Part shown: positions 45,502 through 51,578 of the stretch, piece after piece
How positions within the stretch are numbered: position 1 is the first letter of the stretch
Layout of the letters: every line of letters begins with the position of its first letter
Source: a virus
Taxonomy: Duplodnaviria > Caudoviricetes
Length of the DNA: 51,578 bases
Reading direction: 5' to 3' (one strand)
IMG/VR virus record: IMGVR_UViG_3300011420_000010
Coordinates: 1-51,578 of that record
The notes under the pieces: model-generated
The model's input: the letters and a program-made list of their open reading frames with translations, nothing else
Told to the model about the DNA's origin: nothing
Database searches by the model: none
Made by a program: the position numbers and the translations under genes

Positions 45502-47619
45502 TTAAGCTGCCGTAGCCCAATGGCACTTCCGTTTGTCAACCCAACGCTTGTCGACCGCCTCGCACGTCGTCAGCATGGGGATGCTGAAGACTCCACCGTC
45601 GTCCTCCATCAAGCGGCAGAGGTTCTTGACGTGCTCCATCCGCGGCTGCCCACGTTCGAACTCGAAGATGATCTCGTCGTGGATCGTCATGACTATCCAT
45701 CCGCGGACATCGTTGTCGCGGAGGTACGCTTCGCAAAGCCGCAGCGCCCGCTTCATCAGGTCTGCTGCCGAGCCTTGCACACGGTAGTTCACGCCGCGGT
45801 AGGCGAACTCCGGGTCGACCGCGATGCGTCGCCCGAAGGCCGTCCAGACGCAGCCTTCGCGCCGACCGTCCGCAGTGGTCCGTCGCATGAACGGCTCCAT
45901 GTCTGGGAAGGCCAGCGTGTACTCCTTCAGGAACTGGGCCGCGTAGTCGCGGCTGCACTTCATGAGGTTCATGATCGCAGGGATTCCGCCACCGAAGATC
46001 TTGGTGAAGATGGCGAGTTTCCCCTTGTTCATAGTGTTCTTCTTCTTGCAGTCCTCCTCCGCCTTGACGATGTCGAAGTCGTAGGCTTCGAGCCAGTTCT
46101 TGGCGGTGTGCCAGTCGGTCTTGCCCTTGTACTTCGCACGCATCTTCGCCATCAACATCGAGGCCTCTGAGTCCTGGGCCTTGTCGTCCACTCGCCGCAT
46201 GCCGAGGGCGTCGATGGCGTTGTCGATGGCGACGTCCGTGTTGCCGCCCCACACGTGGTTGGCGCAAGCAGAGTGGACGTGCACGCCGCTGTTGATGATG
46301 CGGAGCAGCTCCCGCTCCTGTGCCAAGTCGGCGAAGATCCGCACCTCCAGCTGGCTGTAGTCCGGACAATACCAGATGCAGCCGGGCGCTGGACCGAAGG
46401 GTGCACGGACATCGATGGGGTTCTTGGCACGGCCCGCCGACTTCGAGGCCACCTGGTGGAGTGCTGGGGTCCGGCAACTGTAGCGGCCGGTGCGAGGGCC
46501 CACCTGGTTGAAGTCGGCGTGGAGCTTCCAGTAGTGCAGCTCCTCATCGTCCACCATGTACGACCGGTACGACGCGAGGAACTGCCGAGCCTTCACTGCG
46601 CCGCGGTGCTTGAGGATGTGGTCGGGCAGCTCGCTCGACGCCGACAACTCCAGGAGAGCGTCGGCGTTGGTGGGCCGGGCGGCTTGGCTCTTGCCTCGCT
46701 GCGCGGGTGGCTTGAGCTTGAGGTGGTCGTAGATGACGGACGCCAGCTGGGGGTGGCTGTTGGGATTGAACGCGGCCAGCCGCTCGCCCTTCTTGTTGCG
46801 AAGGACGCCCGCCTTCAACGCGGCCCGGCCCGCTTCCTGGATGAAGTGGTCGTGCTGCTCCTCGTCGATGCGGTACGCCTTGTCCAGCTTCTTCAGTTCG
46901 TCCGGGTCGATGCGGACGCCACGCTCCTCCATGGCGTAGGTGGTGGGCCAGAGCCGCATCTCCTGTCGGTACGTCTTGCGGACGCCAAGCTCCTTCATCT
47001 TCTCGTTGAAGAAGATCCAGAGCAGCATCGTCCGCTCAGCGTCGCCGACCGCGTACTTGCGGCAGAGCCGCAGGATCCGGTGGGCCTCCTCGCAGTCGCC
47101 CAGGAGTTCGACCGCGTACATGCATAGCCAGTAGTCCTCCGAGACCTTTGTACCGATCTTCCAGCCCAGCTTCTTGGCTTTGCGGCGGAGCTTGACGATG
47201 GCCGACTGCAACTCCTTCTGGTCCTTGTCCGGGTAGTCGGCGTACTTCTTCGCCAGCGGCTTGAGGCCGAGGTTCAGCTCGCCGCTGTTGCAGCAGTGCA
47301 CCGCGAACATCGTCTCTTCGAGCTGGCAGCGGAAGACGCCGACGTTGTACCGGATGTGCCGCACGTCGAACTTCGCGTTGTGCATGACGATCGTCACGTT
47401 CGGATCAGCATGCAACCGACGGAGCGCTCGCCACTCCGCCGGTCGCTTGCTGTACTGGACCGTCCGCGTCCATGGGTCCACCGGGAACTCGAAGTACTCC
47501 GTATCCCCTTCGTCATTGCAGAAGCTGAAGGCGAACGGCGCAGCACCTCGCCAGACACTGAGGCCGGTGGTCTCAGTGTCTTCCGCGATGTACTTCCCGG
47601 TGATGAAGTGCTTCTTCAC
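45502..47619 (-). CDS. polA: Family A DNA polymerase with 3'-5' exonuclease
   Basis: Exo motifs DTETTG, HNAKFD and YAVGD; polymerase motifs DYSQLE, NYRVQGSAAD and IHDE. GTGA-coupled start. Confidence 0.95.
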   Translation of the reverse strand: MKKHFITGKYIAEDTETTGLSVWRGAAPFAFSFCNDEGDTEYFEFPVDPWTRTVQYSKRPAEWRALRRLHADPNVTIVMHNAKFDVRHIRYNVGVFRCQLEETMFAVHCCNSGELNLGLKPLAKKYADYPDKDQKELQSAIVKLRRKAKKLGWKIGTKVSEDYWLCMYAVELLGDCEEAHRILRLCRKYAVGDAERTMLLWIFFNEKMKELGVRKTYRQEMRLWPTTYAMEERGVRIDPDELKKLDKAYRIDEEQHDHFIQEAGRAALKAGVLRNKKGERLAAFNPNSHPQLASVIYDHLKLKPPAQRGKSQAARPTNADALLELSASSELPDHILKHRGAVKARQFLASYRSYMVDDEELHYWKLHADFNQVGPRTGRYSCRTPALHQVASKSAGRAKNPIDVRAPFGPAPGCIWYCPDYSQLEVRIFADLAQERELLRIINSGVHVHSACANHVWGGNTDVAIDNAIDALGMRRVDDKAQDSEASMLMAKMRAKYKGKTDWHTAKNWLEAYDFDIVKAEEDCKKKNTMNKGKLAIFTKIFGGGIPAIMNLMKCSRDYAAQFLKEYTLAFPDMEPFMRRTTADGRREGCVWTAFGRRIAVDPEFAYRGVNYRVQGSAADLMKRALRLCEAYLRDNDVRGWIVMTIHDEIIFEFERGQPRMEHVKNLCRLMEDDGGVFSIPMLTTCEAVDKRWVDKRKCHWATAA

Positions 47620-47996
47620 TTCTTGTGTCCTCCGCATCCGACGTGTCCACACTTAGGGCAGCAGACGCCATGGACGACGTCGCCAACCGTCACAGCTTCG
47701 AGATGCCGACCGTGGCATCGAGCCGCTCGCATCTCGAACAGCAGAAGTGCGGTGTTCAACAGACCAATCGCCGCTTCCGTTTCCGGACAAGGCGTCTGCT
47801 TATTGACGTACTTCGCTCGGTCGATCAAAGCCCGCAGTACCTCCTGCGAGGTCGTTCCGCTGTGGGCACCGGTGTTGCCAGGGTACTTCGAACCCTCCCG
47901 CTTGACGAACATGAGGATCGACTGCGGCTCCTGATCAACATACGGCCAGTCGAGGACCCGCAATCCATACGAGTGGCCAGGGTCTAATACCTTCAT
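47616..47996 (-). CDS. Tad1/Acb2-hairpin-like candidate anti-defence nucleotide sponge
   Basis: GHSY...LMFVK...HSGTTSQEVLRALIDR...PCPE...ALLLFEMR parallels the Tad1 motif order. Ends in CCPKCGH..C. Confidence 0.55.
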   Translation of the reverse strand: MKVLDPGHSYGLRVLDWPYVDQEPQSILMFVKREGSKYPGNTGAHSGTTSQEVLRALIDRAKYVNKQTPCPETEAAIGLLNTALLLFEMRAARCHGRHLEAVTVGDVVHGVCCPKCGHVGCGGHKK

Positions 47997-49057
47997 GGGT
48001 TCATCCTCAAACCGGTCCAAACGTTGCGGTCCCACAGTGACTCGTACGCTTCCTGGAGTTCAGCGAAGCGCTGCCGATCGGCCGCGGCCTCCGTGTCCCA
48101 GGTCTGGTGCGTGCGGTCCGCTGGGAAGTACTTGACGAGGTTGGCGTCCGGCACCGCGGCCATCTCCTCCGCACCGTGGTGGTGGAGGAAGAGCGGGCAA
48201 GGCGGCTCCGGGTCCTTGCCGAGCATCCGCTGAACATTGTCCGGGATGAACGGGCACCCGGCGAACCGCTCGTTGTGGATGCACGGTGGGTTGATGAGCG
48301 AGCGGAAGCAACCGTCGACGTGCTCGCAGAGCTCGTTCACGATGTCGGTGATGATCGGCCTCCACATGCCGAGCTGCGCGATCCAACAGCCGCGGCGTCG
48401 GACGATGTGCTTGAGAGCCTGGTAGTTCATCTTCCAGGTCAGCCGGCTGGACGCAGCCAGCGGCAGCACCTGCCGCGCGTCCTCCGGTGGGACGCCCGCC
48501 TTCACCAGCATCTGGTAGGCCCGCTGGCTGATAAGCATGAACTGGCTGTAGAGCTCCTCCGCCTTCATCAGCACGCCACCGTCGGCGTTGTCGACCGCCC
48601 GGTCGTCGATGCTGTCCGGCTTGAAGTAGTCGCCGTTGACTGCGAACTGGCCCATGTCCAGGACACGCATCGACTGCGACCACCAGCTGGACTGTACGTC
48701 GCCCGGCACGATGTCGACCGCGTAGTTCTCGCCGAACCGGTGGCCGATGCGGTGCCGAACGATCTGCTCCCGGAGGGAGACCGGAACGTTCTCCAACAGG
48801 AAGATGAAGTCGAGGTTCTCGGCGACCGGGATGTCCGACTCGATGACCTGCGAGAAGACCTCTCGGATCTCGTCGGCCAACGCAAGGTCGCAGAGAGCCG
48901 CTTCGTGGTACTGCTCCGGTGTCATGATCGTGTCGCGTGAACGACTCGCATGCCACAGTGCATAGATCGTCTCCACCGGGTATCCGATGGTGGAGAGGAG
49001 CCGAGCCGTCGGACGCCGCGGTCCGACCATTCGTTCGGTGATGCTGAACTCTTGCAT
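47993..49057 (-). CDS. thyX: Divergent flavin-dependent thymidylate synthase-like protein
   Basis: EQIVRHR, SQSMR, GVPPEDARQVLP, KMN and AQ motifs. Confidence 0.8.
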   Translation of the reverse strand: MQEFSITERMVGPRRPTARLLSTIGYPVETIYALWHASRSRDTIMTPEQYHEAALCDLALADEIREVFSQVIESDIPVAENLDFIFLLENVPVSLREQIVRHRIGHRFGENYAVDIVPGDVQSSWWSQSMRVLDMGQFAVNGDYFKPDSIDDRAVDNADGGVLMKAEELYSQFMLISQRAYQMLVKAGVPPEDARQVLPLAASSRLTWKMNYQALKHIVRRRGCWIAQLGMWRPIITDIVNELCEHVDGCFRSLINPPCIHNERFAGCPFIPDNVQRMLGKDPEPPCPLFLHHHGAEEMAAVPDANLVKYFPADRTHQTWDTEAAADRQRFAELQEAYESLWDRNVWTGLRMNP

Positions 49058-49065
49058 TGGAACTC

Positions 49066-50118
49066 CTAGGGCATTGAGAGGGTTGAAGTGGAAGCGGCGT
49101 GCGCCGCAAGGTTGACCTGCAGTTGCTTGTACTGGCAGATCTCCGAACACGGCATGTCCGCCTTGCCGTAGTGGCAATGCGGACGATAGCGGTCAAGCAA
49201 CCGCCGAGCTGCACTCATCGCAGGGGAGTGGGCGACTTCCTGGAAGTAGTTCCCGATGCGAAGCTGCGGGTACGTCGTGATGGCCTCGCCGCCCGCCAAG
49301 CAGCACGGGTACCAGTCGCCGTTGGCCTTCGCGTGGAAGCTGATGTTGCCCGCGTAGCAGGGCACCGACTTCGCAGCGTCGGACTCGCAGAACTGCCGCG
49401 TCTCCCAGACGTCGTCGGCGAAGGACGTTGGCACACTCCAGGACTTCGCGTCCTTGGCCAGCTCCCGGTACCGACTCCAGAACCCGTCGTCGCGGCCGAC
49501 CCGCGGCCCGATGCCTGCCATGAAGACGGCTTTGCGGATTGGCGTCTGCCGATGCAGCACCTCCAGCGCGTCGAGGATGGCGTAGCAGTGGCCGAGGTTC
49601 TCGGGCATGACGGTCGTCCGAGTGGCGAGGCCGCGGTGCCCGAGGTGCTTCATCCGGCGAAGCACCTCATGCGGGTCGGTCTGCTTGTCGCCGCGGATCT
49701 TCGCGTAGATCTCAGGTTGCACGGCGTCGAGCGAAACGCAGACGTCGTCGAAGATCTGCCACTGCGCCGGGTCCGGGTCCTGCGTAAGAGCCGTGTTGAT
49801 CTGCAGCTTGAAGCGGCTGTAGGTCGTCTCGCCCGCCCACCAGTTGAGGAAGGCGTCGAGGTACGGCCAAGCCTGCGGGTCGCCGCCCGTCAAGGTGAGG
49901 TGCTCGAATGGATGCGTCCGCATCAGCTCGACGCAGAGCGCCTGCAAGGTCGGCAGCTCCCACATGCCACGAACGACGCCGCTCAGATCGTCACGCCAAG
50001 ACTCGCAGGCCCGGCAATGCTGGAAGCACTTCGAGCTGACCTCGACCTGCCCGGAGACGTACCCGGTGCGAAGCAAGGCCAGCTTCGCGTACTGCTGGAT
50101 GTCGGATCGGATCTCCAT
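49066..50118 (-). CDS. Radical SAM enzyme with SPASM/twitch domain
   Basis: CFQHCRAC (CxxxCxxC), LTGGDP, VSLDA, CYAG...ANGDWYPCC and CSEIC. Confidence 0.92.
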   Translation of the reverse strand: MEIRSDIQQYAKLALLRTGYVSGQVEVSSKCFQHCRACESWRDDLSGVVRGMWELPTLQALCVELMRTHPFEHLTLTGGDPQAWPYLDAFLNWWAGETTYSRFKLQINTALTQDPDPAQWQIFDDVCVSLDAVQPEIYAKIRGDKQTDPHEVLRRMKHLGHRGLATRTTVMPENLGHCYAILDALEVLHRQTPIRKAVFMAGIGPRVGRDDGFWSRYRELAKDAKSWSVPTSFADDVWETRQFCESDAAKSVPCYAGNISFHAKANGDWYPCCLAGGEAITTYPQLRIGNYFQEVAHSPAMSAARRLLDRYRPHCHYGKADMPCSEICQYKQLQVNLAAHAASTSTLSMP

Positions 50119-50571
50119 CTACTCTTCCTCCTCTACCGCGACTGCTCCCGCGGCCTCTTCAGCCATCGCGAAGTACGCCCGACCATCGACGTAATGGTCG
50201 AGTCCCTGTGGGTCGACGGCCACCCGGTTCGCCTTGTTAAGGGCCATCATGATCTCGACGAGGTGCGCCGGGATCGGATGAGCGAGCTGGATGCCGTAGT
50301 GGTTCTGCAACAACCCGGTCCACATGAGGCCGAGGTTGCCGTGCCCAGCTTTGTGGTCCGGGCCGTACCGCAATGACCGCACCTCGCGGATGTGGTCCTC
50401 CGCCGCGGGCCGCGTCGAAGGGTCGACGAGAAGTTCCGACATGAACTTCGAGTCGTCTTGATGCGGTTCGACTTCGACCTTCCTCTTCTGTCCGTGCCCT
50501 CGCCGCGTCCGAGTCAATGGCTCTTCGTCCGCGGTGAGCTTCTTACCAGAGACGCCTCTGCTTCTCTTCAT
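50119..50571 (-). CDS. DUF6378-like all-alpha protein, putative dNTP pyrophosphatase-related
   Basis: R...YG...W...MMALNKANR...DHYVDGRAY pattern. Confidence 0.7.
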   Translation of the reverse strand: MKRSRGVSGKKLTADEEPLTRTRRGHGQKRKVEVEPHQDDSKFMSELLVDPSTRPAAEDHIREVRSLRYGPDHKAGHGNLGLMWTGLLQNHYGIQLAHPIPAHLVEIMMALNKANRVAVDPQGLDHYVDGRAYFAMAEEAAGAVAVEEEE

Positions 50572-51178
50572 TGCAGATCTCCTTCATGATGCGGGCCGCT
50601 TGCGTAACGAGCGGCCGGATGAAATCGCACTTGGACTGTTCGAACTCGCCGAAGTATGCGTCGAGCTTCTCGATGTGCTCGACTGCGTTTCGGTTGCCGC
50701 TCTCGATCTCCTGGATAACGTACGAGAGCACGCTGAGGAAGTCGGCGAAGGAAACGACGAGGCCTTCCGGCGAGTTGTCCTTCGCTGTCTTCCAGGAATC
50801 GGCCAGCTCCACCTGCCACTGACCTTCAACCAGGTTGTCGGCCAGCTGCCGCATGGCAGTCGCGGCCACCCGGTCCAGCTCCGCCCGCAGCGTCGGGTCG
50901 GAGTGCTTGAAGTTGCGCGGCCAGTCGCCCGATCGCGACTCCTCGACATCGTGGATGACGGTCTTCGACATGAGCTTCCGCCAGTTGAGCGGCGTTCCAT
51001 GCCAGAACTCGTACCACTGGCCGATGAGCGTCGCGTACAAGGCGACGAAGAAGCTGTGCTCCGCGACGGTCTCACGGTGGTTGACGCGGCACGTCGAGTA
51101 GCGGTCGACGTATCGAAGTCGAACGAGGTCGCCGCGCAGCATCTCGCGGATGTTCAGCTCGTGCTTCGGCAACGTCAT
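50543..51178 (-). CDS. HD-domain deoxynucleotide phosphohydrolase (YfbR/DatZ-like)
   Basis: VDRY, ETVAEHSF, IHDVEESRSGD and FAD motifs. Confidence 0.88.
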   Translation of the reverse strand: MTLPKHELNIREMLRGDLVRLRYVDRYSTCRVNHRETVAEHSFFVALYATLIGQWYEFWHGTPLNWRKLMSKTVIHDVEESRSGDWPRNFKHSDPTLRAELDRVAATAMRQLADNLVEGQWQVELADSWKTAKDNSPEGLVVSFADFLSVLSYVIQEIESGNRNAVEHIEKLDAYFGEFEQSKCDFIRPLVTQAARIMKEICNEEKQRRLW

Positions 51179-51578
51179 TCAACACCCCCTGTCCAGCCGG
51201 CTCCGACGAGCGGCATCTCGTGGGCCTTGCGGTTGAGGTAGTCTTCGAGCTGCTCCCAGCCGTGGATCACCTCGACCGCGGCTTCCGTCAACATGAGGTT
51301 GAGGTTGCCGGGCGGCTCCAACGTGAAGAGGGCCGTCCGCTTCTGGAGTGCGTACCCGTAGCCCAGCTCCCACACCGTGCCGAGATCCGGCTGGCAAAGC
51401 GGCCCCTTGATCGGCTCAAGGTTGCGGGCGGAGATCTGCCCTTCCCCAGTCGGCCGCAGCAGCCGCGGGTTCAAGCCTGGCGTCGTGATCTGGCAGTCCT
51501 TCTCTTCGCAGAGATAGACTCCGATCTCGTTCGACGGCTGCAGTCGGTCGATCCACGCCAGGATCTCGGTGCAGTCGC
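51175..51578 (-). CDS. NDT-family protein, C-terminal part; open to the window end
   Basis: DCTEILAWID...PDLGTVWELGYGYAL...NLML gives the DxGTxxExG catalytic motif and the NxM motif. Confidence 0.85.
   Translation of the reverse strand, partial: DCTEILAWIDRLQPSNEIGVYLCEEKDCQITTPGLNPRLLRPTGEGQISARNLEPIKGPLCQPDLGTVWELGYGYALQKRTALFTLEPPGNLNLMLTEAAVEVIHGWEQLEDYLNRKAHEMPLVGAGWTGGVE

Noticed and set aside
49066-50118. QueE (7-deazaguanine) or anaerobic RNR activase identity for the radical SAM gene
   Set aside because: It has a SPASM/twitch extension, and no QueC, QueD, FolE, DpdA or NrdD partner was found.
50543-51178. 2-aminoadenine (Z) genome, suggested by the DatZ-like HD enzyme and odd PolA
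   Set aside because: No PurZ/PurA-like gene was recognised in the near-complete genome.
174-51241. Many long plus-strand ORFs (e.g. 21007..22923, 24628..26733, 31836..33461)
   Set aside because: They are antisense shadows of GC3-rich minus-strand genes, with no recognisable motifs.
1-51578. Prophage/integrase, tRNA genes or a diversity-generating retroelement
   Set aside because: No recombinase or reverse transcriptase motifs, host genes or tRNA cloverleafs were seen by eye; tRNAscan was not run.

Overview
This window is an essentially complete genome of a GC-rich tailed dsDNA phage with siphovirus-like tail genes, and every credible gene lies on the minus strand. The two window ends fall inside one nucleoside-deoxyribosyltransferase-family gene, so the genome is circular or circularly permuted with a small gap. 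Read in transcription order, it has three blocks. (1) Early genes follow a sigma70-like promoter near 12.37 kb with a boxA-containing structured leader. (2) Recombination and replication genes follow: SNF2 helicase, RuvC, PD-(D/E)XK nuclease, Sak4-like ATPase and an SSB-like protein. After these come a nucleotide-metabolism operon (NDT, HD hydrolase, DUF6378-like, radical SAM, divergent ThyX), a Tad1-like anti-defence candidate, a family A polymerase with altered motifs, a primase-helicase and a CsrA homologue. (3) Late genes run through accessory fibre proteins, hydrolases, terminase, portal, head and tail. No integrase, tRNA, CRISPR array or canonical endolysin was recognised. A Planctomycetota-like host is an inference only. 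The best candidate for an undescribed system is a radical SAM/ThyX/NDT/HD nucleotide-modification pathway linked to the atypical polymerase. All family assignments are by motif recognition; no database searches were run.
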